Origin: an archaeon GW2011_AR10
GTDB lineage: Archaea > Iainarchaeota > Iainarchaeia > Iainarchaeales > GW2011-AR10
Assembly: GCA_000830275.1 (NCBI GenBank)
Contig: CP010424.1
Span: forward strand, 810,001-842,000
Length of the DNA stretch: 32,000 nucleotides
Direction: 5' to 3'
Part shown: positions 17,178-24,878 of the stretch, piece after piece
Layout: every line of letters starts with the position of its first letter
Numbering within the stretch: the stretch's first letter is position 1
Position numbers and translations under genes: made by a program
The notes under the pieces: generated by a model
Database searches by the model: none
Told to the model about the DNA's origin: nothing
The model's input: only the letters and a program-made list of their open reading frames with translations

Positions 17178-17852
17178 ATGGATTTTGGCATTGAAGTCGC
17201 CTTACTCTTATTGCTGCTAGCGCTCTTCTCTGCTGTCTCATTTTACAAGAAGACAATAAGCAACACCGGCATTTTGGTTGGAAACATTGTGGGGCTGGTT
17301 GTTTTCTTTCTTGGAGGCCTACAAAGCTTTGTGGCACTCGCGGCATTATTTGCAGTTGCAGAAATAACCACTTTTTATTCGAGGTTAAAGCTGAAAGAAA
17401 AACACGAGCAGCGTACCACCTCAAACATTATCGGCAACTCCGGGGCAGCACTAATTGTACTGCTGCTTGGGTTTCAGCAAGCATTCTTTGGTGCGATAGC
17501 TGCTGCACTGGCTGACACAACCGCTGGCGAAATAGGCATGCTCTCAAAGAAAAAGCCAAGGCTGATCACCACATTGAGGCGGGTTGAAACCGGCACTGAT
17601 GGGGCCATCACTTTGCTGGGCTTAATCACAGGTTTTTTTGGGGGATTAGCAATTGGAAGCATTTACTTATTTTTTTCAGGAGATATTAAGGGGTTCGCTT
17701 TTATTACAGTTGCAGGAATTGTGGGAAATGTTGTTGACAGCTTAATTGGAGCAGTTTTTGAGAGAAGGAAACTGCTCAACAACTCTCAGGTTAATTTTCT
17801 GGCAGGCTTAAGCGGCGCCATAACCGTGCTGGTTCTTTCCGCTATGTTTTAA
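17178..17852 (+). CDS. DUF92/COG1836 (TMEM19/VTE6-like) integral membrane protein
   Basis: Polytopic protein with AAALADTTAGEIGML, ETGTDGAITLLGLITGFFGG and GNVVDSLIGAVFE, matching the DUF92 conserved blocks as I remember them. Confidence 0.7.
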   Translation: MDFGIEVALLLLLLALFSAVSFYKKTISNTGILVGNIVGLVVFFLGGLQSFVALAALFAVAEITTFYSRLKLKEKHEQRTTSNIIGNSGAALIVLLLGFQQAFFGAIAAALADTTAGEIGMLSKKKPRLITTLRRVETGTDGAITLLGLITGFFGGLAIGSIYLFFSGDIKGFAFITVAGIVGNVVDSLIGAVFERRKLLNNSQVNFLAGLSGAITVLVLSAMF

Positions 17853-18762
17853 TTGAAGCGCTGCCTGCATCGGAGATGCTTTCCTTGAAGCCCTCAGCAA
17901 AGGCCTTTCCTCCGACAAAAAACAGGTCAAAAATGCTTGGTTCCTCTTTGTAGTAGGTTGTTACAGAAGGTTTTCCTTCAATTCCTGCAAGCCTAGCTGC
18001 TTTTTCGATTGCTTGTTCCCTGGGCAAGAGTTCATCAACCAGCTTGGCTTCCAACGCCTGCTTTCCTGAAAGGATTCTTCCATCAGCTATTTCCTCAAAC
18101 TTTTCCCTCTGCAGCTTGCCCTGCCTGAACTCGAGTATGTCTTCCTTGAATTCAACAAAGACCTCTTCCATTATATTTAAGAACAGGGCTTTTTCTTCCT
18201 CTGAAAGCGACTCAAAAATGCTCCCGGAACCCTTGAATTTGCCCTCTGTTAGAACCTCCACTTCAACGCCCCAGTTTTCAAGCAGTTTTTCAATGTTTGG
18301 AATTATTGAAATTACCCCGATGCTCCCAACAATTGAGCCGGAATCCGCAATAACGTAATCAGTTGCTGCAGCAACATAGTAGGCTCCGCTTGCTCCGGCT
18401 TCCCCAATGTATGCCACTGATGGCTTATTGAGTTCCCTTATCTTGTAAACTATTTGTTTTGTTGCAACAACGCTGCCGCCTGGGCTGTCAATGTCCAAAA
18501 AAATCACTCCAACGCTGGGGTCAGCATCTGCTTCCTCGAGTTTTTCCACTATTGCCAGAGCCCCAAATTCAGGAGAAAAAGAGCTTCTCTCCATAACTAT
18601 TTCACCCTTAATCGGAATAACCGCCACCTTTTTGGTGAAATAACTTGAAGAGGGGGCAGAAATGGTAAAAAGGCTTAAAACCACGGCAGAACCTATTAAA
18701 AACACCAGAATAACTGCAACAATTAATAAAATGGTTTTAGCATTAAGACTTTTAAAACTCAT
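17842..18762 (-). CDS. sppA: Signal peptide peptidase SppA (S49 family, 36K type)
   Basis: N-terminal TM anchor, then the ClpP/crotonase-like S49 core (VIFLDIDSPGGSV, AGASGAYYVAAATD, GSIGV). ATG 18762 (MSFKSLNAK) is preferred over the track start 18798. Its 3' end overlaps the DUF92 gene end by 11 nt (convergent). Confidence 0.85.
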   Translation of the reverse strand: MSFKSLNAKTILLIVAVILVFLIGSAVVLSLFTISAPSSSYFTKKVAVIPIKGEIVMERSSFSPEFGALAIVEKLEEADADPSVGVIFLDIDSPGGSVVATKQIVYKIRELNKPSVAYIGEAGASGAYYVAAATDYVIADSGSIVGSIGVISIIPNIEKLLENWGVEVEVLTEGKFKGSGSIFESLSEEEKALFLNIMEEVFVEFKEDILEFRQGKLQREKFEEIADGRILSGKQALEAKLVDELLPREQAIEKAARLAGIEGKPSVTTYYKEEPSIFDLFFVGGKAFAEGFKESISDAGSASIKT

Positions 18763-18797
18763 AATAAAGTCAATATATAAAGCAATAATTAAAAACA

Positions 18798-19325
18798 ATG
18801 CGCAGGGATCAGGTGTCTGATGCGATAATTAAAATACTGCTGTATATTGCCCCGATGTACTTGGCTAATTCAACCGCAATGCTTTTTGGCGGAAAAAAAC
18901 CGCTTGACCTGAACAAAAAGTTCTTTGATGGAAAACCAATTCTTGGAAAAGGAAAAACGTTCAGGGGCACTGCAATAGGGGTTCTCATTGGCTCGGCCAC
19001 AGCGCTGGCAGTTTCTGTTTTATTTGAACAGCAAACGCTTCTGCTTTCTGAAAACTATTTGGCGTTGGGAGTATTGCTCTCAGCAGGAGCAATCGCAGGG
19101 GACATAATTGCAAGCTTTTTCAAGAGAAGGAATTCCATCCCGCAGGGAACCCAAGTTCTTTTCCTCGACCAGCTTGACTTCGTTTTTGGCGGAATGATTG
19201 CAGGCAGCATTTACTACGTGCCTGACTTTTTTGAAATAATTGTTATCAGCGTTTTAACTCTTATTATCCACAAGCTTAGCAATTTCTTTGCATTCAAGGC
19301 AAAGCTGAAAAACGTCCCCTGGTGA
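18798..19325 (+). CDS. carS: CDP-archaeol synthase CarS (DUF46/UPF0290)
   Basis: YIAPMYLANSTAMLFGG...PLDLNKKFFDGKPILGKGKTFRG and GDIIASFFKRR...DQLDF match the conserved CarS blocks. About 5 TM helices and the right size (175 aa). Confidence 0.85.
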   Translation: MRRDQVSDAIIKILLYIAPMYLANSTAMLFGGKKPLDLNKKFFDGKPILGKGKTFRGTAIGVLIGSATALAVSVLFEQQTLLLSENYLALGVLLSAGAIAGDIIASFFKRRNSIPQGTQVLFLDQLDFVFGGMIAGSIYYVPDFFEIIVISVLTLIIHKLSNFFAFKAKLKNVPW

Positions 19326-19807
19326 ATCAATTGGATAAGAGAGTTGTTTTCCTGCTGAAATTTTTCGCAATTTTTTCTGTTCTACATTACCTTCTTTTGG
19401 TTGTTAACCTTCGGCCAATGCAGGAATTCATCGCCAAAAGCCAAGCAATGCTCCTCAACTTAACCTACGACGGCACACTGGTAAGAATAGGCTCTGAAAC
19501 ATTTGAAATAACGCCAAGCTGCACTGGCCTAGTCAGCAGCATCATTCTGGCAGCAATTGTTTTTTCATTGAAAAAACCAGGCCTCAAGAGCAAGACTGCA
19601 ACTCTTGCCATCGGGGTTATTTTCCTTTTGGCTGCAAATTATGTGAGAGTATACTTTGTGCTGCTTTCGGCAATCGCATTCGGCGGCCGTGCAGCTGAAG
19701 CAGTTCACATTATCACTTGGTTTTTGACTGCAGCACTTGTTATAGTTGTCTGGTATTACGGGACAAAAAGAATTGCCAAAGTAAAGGAATTCAACGATTT
19801 CCTATAA
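19322..19807 (+). CDS. Small exosortase/archaeosortase-family transpeptidase
   Basis: 161 aa polytopic protein with the family Cys/Arg/His arrangement: EITPSCTGL (Cys), ANYVRVYF (Arg), AVHIITW (His). GTG start overlaps the carS stop (GTGA). Confidence 0.65.
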   Translation: MNQLDKRVVFLLKFFAIFSVLHYLLLVVNLRPMQEFIAKSQAMLLNLTYDGTLVRIGSETFEITPSCTGLVSSIILAAIVFSLKKPGLKSKTATLAIGVIFLLAANYVRVYFVLLSAIAFGGRAAEAVHIITWFLTAALVIVVWYYGTKRIAKVKEFNDFL

Positions 19808-19824
19808 CAGCCTCCCCGCACTAA

Positions 19825-19838
19825 TTCCGTCAACGGAA
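19825..19838. repeat. Hairpin motif TTCCG-TCAA-CGGAA in a convergent intergenic gap (copy 1)
   Basis: Read directly. The same 13-mer TCCGTCAACGGAA recurs at 28356-28368, also between convergent genes. Confidence 0.3.
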
Positions 19839-19844
19839 CAAAAG

Positions 19845-21515
19845 TCACTCGCCCAAAAAAAAGCGGGCAATTTCAGCGTACGCAGGCCTAGTGATTAAAA
19901 CGCCTATTAGCACTCCCGTGATTGTTGTAATAGCAAATCCAACGAGTTTTCCAAGGCCGAAACCGAAAAAAATAATCGGGAACATTGTTACAATAACCGT
20001 TGAAGCCGCAGCGAAAATTACGAAGAATGCACGCTTTACTCTCCCAGTCAAGGACTCTGCAGCAACAACTTCTCCCTTCAAAAGTTCGTCGGTTATAATT
20101 ATTTGGTCATCCACTCCGGTGCCGATAGCTGCAAGAATTCCTGTAACTGCTGCAAGATCAAGATTGTACCTTATGAGAGAGGCGACGCCGAGTATCAAGA
20201 GAACTTCGCTTAAGCCGGTGAAAATCATTGGACCAATCAAGACTAATTTCCTGTATCTTATATATAAAACCAGTGCTACAACAACCATGGCAGCAAAGCC
20301 AATGAAGAAAGTGCTCTGCAGGAACTCTTTTCCGAGGAAAGGGCTAACCGTTTCCTTTGAAATGCTGTCAATCGGCACAGGTAGCGAGCCTGTTTCGAGG
20401 AGAATTGTTAAATCATCCAGCCTTTTTTGCGCGGTTTCAAGGTCCACAGCCGTGCCAGTAATTGAGAGGTCAGAGAAAATCTGCGCGTTCTCAGGCCTTT
20501 CAACGAACGGCTCAAGGTTTGCAATGCTGGGGCTTAAAGCAATGACTTGCTGTGCGCCAGTAACGTTCCAAGTCCAAGGAACCTGATTTTCAAACCCGAT
20601 TTTTGCAGAGCCCAATTCATCTGAAGAGACTCTTGCGCTGCCCTCAAGTTCAACTTCCTTTAACTTGAACCCCAAAGCAGAAAGTGCATTCTTGTCCTCT
20701 GCACCAAGCAGTGAATGAGTTATGACCGTGTCTTTTTCTGCTGCAATTTCCTGGAGCTTTGAGAGCTGTTTTTCAGAGAGATTGTTGTCAACAACAAAAT
20801 AGGGAATCGCTGAATTGTCCAACAGCTCGCTTATTTCCACTCCCTGCGGAATATCATCAGCGGGATTTCCTAGTAGGAGAAGCTGTCTGTCAAGCTCTAA
20901 AACATCCCGCGGGATAACCAAAACAGCGTTGGCTGGCCTGTCAATGAAAAAATATGTCAGCTCGCAATCGTACTGGTTTCCTTGTTCAACAGAGTAAGAA
21001 AGGATGGCGCATTTGTGGAAGGCTTTTTTTGAAAAGTTTACTGCAGCTTCCTGGTTCAATGTAAATGGGAGGTTCCACGAGATGAGCTGCTGTGCTCCCT
21101 GCTGGAAGCCGTAGCCTCTTCCAGGATCCTTCACTATCTGAATTATGTCAGAGCCGGTAAACAGGAGGTTGCCGTCAAGGAATGCCTCAAACTTTCCCTG
21201 CGTTTTAAGGAGCACTTCAAGTTCCTCAATGCGCTCAGGGTCTGTTTCAGCAATCTGTGCAACAACGAATTCCTCACCAAAAGTTGAAACCTTTGTATCT
21301 CTTAAGCCAAATGAATCCATTCTCTGCTGGATTATGGAGGTTACTGTGCTGAGCTGCTGTGCTGATTCAGGTTTCTCGGCCAAGTGAAGCTCAAAAATAG
21401 TTCCGCCCTTGAAGTCAACCCCCAAAGCAAGGCCATTAAATGAAAGGGAAACAAGTGAAACAAACAGAAGGGAAAGCAGTAAAAGAATCTTCCAGTTTTT
21501 CAGCAGCCTTCTCAT
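19845..21515 (-). CDS. secD: Protein-export membrane protein SecD
   Basis: N-terminal TM, VDFKGGTIFEL, a large extracytoplasmic domain, and a C-terminal 5-TM bundle with AAIGTGVDDQIIITDE (SecD-type motif). ATGA-type overlap with secF upstream. Confidence 0.88.
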   Translation of the reverse strand: MRRLLKNWKILLLLSLLFVSLVSLSFNGLALGVDFKGGTIFELHLAEKPESAQQLSTVTSIIQQRMDSFGLRDTKVSTFGEEFVVAQIAETDPERIEELEVLLKTQGKFEAFLDGNLLFTGSDIIQIVKDPGRGYGFQQGAQQLISWNLPFTLNQEAAVNFSKKAFHKCAILSYSVEQGNQYDCELTYFFIDRPANAVLVIPRDVLELDRQLLLLGNPADDIPQGVEISELLDNSAIPYFVVDNNLSEKQLSKLQEIAAEKDTVITHSLLGAEDKNALSALGFKLKEVELEGSARVSSDELGSAKIGFENQVPWTWNVTGAQQVIALSPSIANLEPFVERPENAQIFSDLSITGTAVDLETAQKRLDDLTILLETGSLPVPIDSISKETVSPFLGKEFLQSTFFIGFAAMVVVALVLYIRYRKLVLIGPMIFTGLSEVLLILGVASLIRYNLDLAAVTGILAAIGTGVDDQIIITDELLKGEVVAAESLTGRVKRAFFVIFAAASTVIVTMFPIIFFGFGLGKLVGFAITTITGVLIGVLITRPAYAEIARFFLGE

Positions 21516-22582
21516 GCTGTTGGCCTCCTTGCTTTCCTGCTTTCAGCATACCATAAAAGAACAGGCGAGTTCATAAGCCAGGTTGAAATAAGGTCAGCAA
21601 ATAAACCAAACAAGAGCACTGCAGAAATCTCGAAAATAACAGTTATCTGGCCAAAGTAACTTAATGCAAGCATTACAGTTAATGCACCAATTGTGGTGAA
21701 TGTCATTGTCAAACCAGTTACAAGTGAGTCCCCTGCCCTTTCATGCAGTTCCTTTTCCCGCCTCTTAAGAACATTTGTTGTAAGCATTATGTCAGTGTCA
21801 ACACTGTAACCTATCAGCATGAGCAGCGCTGGAATTGTTGTAAGAGACAGTGGAATGCGGAAAACCGCCATTCCGGCAAGCGAGCCGGCAATGTCGAAAG
21901 CAGCTGCAGCGATTATTGCAATTGAGGGAACAAACTCTCGGAAGAACACGAAAATAACTATTGCAAGCAGCGCGAAAGCAATCAGGGAAACGGTTATGCC
22001 AGTAGCATAAAAGCTCTCACCAAAAACAGGGCCTACCTCATCCCTTGAAAAGCGTGCTTCTGCTCCAAGCGAGAGCTCCTGTTTTATGACTTCATCCAAG
22101 CGAGTGGAAAAATTCTGCTTTGCCTTGTTGAGTGCATCCTCTGCAAAAGCAATTGCTCTGCCTGCCTCAGCGTTTTCCGGGAAAGGCTCCGAAAAATAGC
22201 TGCTTATTGCCTGAACGGAGCTCCTTGAAAGTTGAACCGCGTTCTGGGGGTTTGAAGCGCGCTGGTCTTTTGCCTGCTGGAGCAGAGATTGCGCTTCAGC
22301 CAAATCCCTGTTCTCTGCGAACTGGACTAGAACCTTAAAGCCCAATGGCCCGGACGTTGTGCTCAACTGAAGGTCGCTTAAGCTGAATTCTTGGCGGAGC
22401 CTTTGCTCCAAGGAAAGCATTTCAACCTGGCGGTCAAGGCTAACCCTTATCACTGTGCCGCCACTAAGGTCAATGCCCTTTGGCACGGTCGGAGAAACGA
22501 AAATCAGGAAAAGGAACACTAGGAAAAAAACGGCTGGAACCGCCAAAAGCTTCTTGTAATCGCCTTTATAGGGGTTAAACAT
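21512..22582 (-). CDS. secF: Protein-export membrane protein SecF
   Basis: GIDLSGGTVIRV, then a 5-TM bundle with LLMLIGYSVDTDIMLTTNVLKRRE (SecF-type GYSxxD motif). Archaeal secF-secD order. Confidence 0.85.
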   Translation of the reverse strand: MFNPYKGDYKKLLAVPAVFFLVFLFLIFVSPTVPKGIDLSGGTVIRVSLDRQVEMLSLEQRLRQEFSLSDLQLSTTSGPLGFKVLVQFAENRDLAEAQSLLQQAKDQRASNPQNAVQLSRSSVQAISSYFSEPFPENAEAGRAIAFAEDALNKAKQNFSTRLDEVIKQELSLGAEARFSRDEVGPVFGESFYATGITVSLIAFALLAIVIFVFFREFVPSIAIIAAAAFDIAGSLAGMAVFRIPLSLTTIPALLMLIGYSVDTDIMLTTNVLKRREKELHERAGDSLVTGLTMTFTTIGALTVMLALSYFGQITVIFEISAVLLFGLFADLISTWLMNSPVLLWYAESRKARRPTA

Positions 22583-22598
22583 TTTTATTCACTAAAAA

Positions 22599-22635
22599 GG
22601 AGTCTTATAAACTCGGATATATAGTAAAAGACTCC
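22599..22635. promoter_or_regulatory. 8-bp inverted repeat GGAGTCTT...AAGACTCC bracketing the TATA-like element of secFD
   Basis: The arms at 22599-22606 and 22628-22635 flank GGATATATAGTAAA. On the minus strand this reads TTTACTATATATCC and lies about 35-45 nt upstream of the secF ATG. Confidence 0.3.
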
Positions 22636-22816
22636 ATTATTTTTACAACATATCGTCTTTTACATATAGCAAGTGAGCAATAAAGGTTTAATTATTAATG
22701 TCATTTGCCATAATATAAATTTAAGGGGAATCCTTTAAATTAATTTCTAACTTATTTTAGTTGGTTAGGTCTCAATTAGACTAAAACCACCCATTAAAAT
22801 AGGCGGGAATTTGTTA

Positions 22817-22990
22817 GGTGCCAAAAACCATCGAATGAATTCGGGGGCATACTTTGATGCTTCATACTGTGCTAATGGTTTTTGACAGCAATGAATTCCA
22901 CCAATAAACCACTATTTAAAAATAGTGGAATTCATATGATTTAAAGTGGGTTGAACTACCCACGGAGGCACCATAAAATGACCTGTTTTT
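22817..22990 (+). ncRNA. Candidate structured ncRNA or cis-regulatory leader (four-helix junction), class unknown
   Basis: TATA-like TTAAAATA (22794-22801) lies about 20 nt upstream. Closing helix GGTGCC (22817-22822) pairs with GGCACC (22967-22972). AAAAACCAT (22823-22831) pairs with ATGGTTTTT (22875-22883). Long hairpin 22891-22935. GTGGG (22946-22950) pairs with CCCAC (22959-22963). T5 run at 22986-22990. No ORF above roughly 20 codons on either strand. Confidence 0.35.
22891..22935. repeat. 16-bp inverted repeat ATGAATTCCACTATTT/AAATAGTGGAATTCAT with an 11-nt interruption in the left arm
   Basis: Read directly. The left arm is ATGAATT[CCACCAATAAA]CCACTATTT, the centre is AA, and the right arm is intact. 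The interruption is flanked by a CCAC duplication. Confidence 0.6.
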
Positions 22991-23054
22991 ATTGCACTGA
23001 GGCAAAATCGTAACTTAATTTTTCTTTAAGGCCTTAATTTTTGGAGGGATTGCA

Positions 23055-23339
23055 ATGACGAAAGGAAAGAAGGATGAAAAAGACGAAGCCATCGAATATG
23101 CAGTGGAACTGATGGATGGAGTAGTTGAAGACACTGGAGTTCCAAGAAACATAAGAAAATCCGTGGACGACGCTAAACAAAAAGTACTGGACGAGTCAGA
23201 GCCGAAGAACGTTCGGGTTACGACCGCAATTTACATACTGGATGATGTCAGCAAGGACATAAACATTCCAGCACACACAAGAACAGAAATATGGCAAATA
23301 ATCTCAGATTTAGAAGCAATTAGAGAGAAGGCAAAGTAA
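23055..23339 (+). CDS. UPF0147 family protein (small all-helical archaeal protein of unknown function)
   Basis: DTGVPRNIRKSVDDA and DINIPAHTRTEIWQIISDLE match the two conserved UPF0147 blocks (VPRNIR / P.HTRT.IW) as I recall them. SD GGAGGG upstream. It ends 12 nt before DP1. Confidence 0.75.
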   Translation: MTKGKKDEKDEAIEYAVELMDGVVEDTGVPRNIRKSVDDAKQKVLDESEPKNVRVTTAIYILDDVSKDINIPAHTRTEIWQIISDLEAIREKAK

Positions 23340-23351
23340 AGTTGGACTTGA

Positions 23352-24878
23352 ATGAAAGAGAACTTGGTTTTGGAAAACTCAAAGGAAAGAGAAATAATCA
23401 ATTATGTTAGCGAAAAAAATGCCCTAATTGACTCAAAAGCAGTGGAACAGCTTGCAGCAGAGGAAAGCTTCCGGGAAATAATTGACGAGCTGCTTCAAGA
23501 AAATTCTTTCCTCATTACCTCGGAAAAGGTCAACACCAAACTATTAAAAAAGGACACAAAAATCGGAAGAGTAAAAGAAGTAATAATCAAAAGCACCAGG
23601 TTTAAGGCTGCTGCAAAAGAGCAGGAGCCGAACTACAAAATCCTGCACGAATATGATGTAACAGACCAAAGCTCCTGCGAGGGAAACGTCAAGGACTTCA
23701 TGATGCTTTTCCGCGACAAATTTGAGTTCTTGTCAGAGATCCTGAAAAAAAGGCCGCAGTTCAGCCCAAAACAAATATCAAAGCTCTCAAGAGTTTCAAA
23801 AAACTCTGACACAGAATTCGTTGGCATGGTGTACAGAAAATGGCAGACTAAAAACGACCACCTTGCAATAGAGCTGGAAGACAATGAAGCCTCATGCATC
23901 GTACTAATACTGAAAGATGACTTTAAACTCAACAAGCTGGCAGAACACCTGCTGCTGGATGACGTAATCGGGGTAAAAGCAAGAAAAATCGGGGACGAGC
24001 TTTTCATTGCGAAAGAAATTTTCTGGCCTGATTTGCCGCAGCGCCCAATAAAAAGAGCTGAGAGAAACCTCAGCATTGTTGGAATATCTGACCTGCACGT
24101 AGGCAGCAAGCTGTTTCTCGAGAAAGAGTTCAGCAACTTTATCGAATGGATAAATGGAAACACGGATTCGGAGAAAGAAAAGGAAAGAATTGGAAGAATA
24201 AAATACCTTTTGATTTGCGGTGACAACGTTGATGGTGTTGGAGTTTACCCGGACCAGTTTGATGAGCTCGCAATAAAGGATGTTTTTGAGCAATATGATA
24301 ATCTTGCAGAATTAATGAAAAAAATTCCAGAATACATTGAAGTGTTCATTATTCCGGGCCAGCATGATGCAACCAGGAGAGCTGACCCTCAACCAGCGAT
24401 TCCGAAGGAGTTCAGGAAAAATTTAGCAGGATATGGCAACATTCACTTTTTGGGCTCTCCGACTTGGGTTACAATAGAGGGGCTTAAATGCATGCTTTAC
24501 CATGGTGCTTCACTCCACGACTTGTATACCTCGGTTAATTTCCTGAAGGCTAGCGAACCCCAAAAAGCGATGGCTGAACTGCTGAAAAGAAGGGACATAA
24601 TGATAACTTATGGCTTAAGGCAGCCTTATGTGCCGGAGAAAAAAGATTATATGCTGATAAGAGAAGAACCAGACTTTTACTTTGGCGGTGACATGCACCA
24701 CAATGGATATGACCAGTACAGGGGCTGCAGCATAATTAATTGTGGAACGTGGCAGGAACGAACAGAGTTTCAGATACAGCTGGGACACATTCCTACGCCG
24801 GGCATTGCAGTAGAAGTTGACCTGAATACACGCGAAATAAGGGAAAAGCAATTCTATGGTGGGAGGAACTCAAAATGA
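23352..24878 (+). CDS. polB: DNA polymerase II (PolD) small subunit DP1, 3'-5' exonuclease
   Basis: OB-fold region, then a calcineurin/Mre11-type phosphoesterase with ISDLHVGS, CGDNVDGVGVYP, PGQHDA and GGDMHHNG. ATGA overlap with DP2. Confidence 0.93.
   Translation: MKENLVLENSKEREIINYVSEKNALIDSKAVEQLAAEESFREIIDELLQENSFLITSEKVNTKLLKKDTKIGRVKEVIIKSTRFKAAAKEQEPNYKILHEYDVTDQSSCEGNVKDFMMLFRDKFEFLSEILKKRPQFSPKQISKLSRVSKNSDTEFVGMVYRKWQTKNDHLAIELEDNEASCIVLILKDDFKLNKLAEHLLLDDVIGVKARKIGDELFIAKEIFWPDLPQRPIKRAERNLSIVGISDLHVGSKLFLEKEFSNFIEWINGNTDSEKEKERIGRIKYLLICGDNVDGVGVYPDQFDELAIKDVFEQYDNLAELMKKIPEYIEVFIIPGQHDATRRADPQPAIPKEFRKNLAGYGNIHFLGSPTWVTIEGLKCMLYHGASLHDLYTSVNFLKASEPQKAMAELLKRRDIMITYGLRQPYVPEKKDYMLIREEPDFYFGGDMHHNGYDQYRGCSIINCGTWQERTEFQIQLGHIPTPGIAVEVDLNTREIREKQFYGGRNSK

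Noticed and set aside
22817-22972. tRNA, possibly intron-containing or split, suggested by the cloverleaf-like four-helix layout and a T-arm-like GTGGG-TTGAACTA-CCCAC.
   Set aside because: Junction spacings (0, 7, 10 and 3 nt) do not fit tRNA. The putative T-loop lacks the invariant TTC(R)A (it reads TTGAACTA, 8 nt). No D-loop GG, no 7-bp acceptor stem, no identifiable anticodon loop, and no bulge-helix-bulge intron motifs are present.
22780-23054. RNase P RNA or SRP (7S) RNA in the large intergenic gap.
   Set aside because: There are no CR-I/CR-V RNase P blocks (GAGGAAAGTCC, ACAGAA..GGCTTA). There is no SRP helix-8 or GNAR-tetraloop motif. The element is too short and too AT-rich for either.
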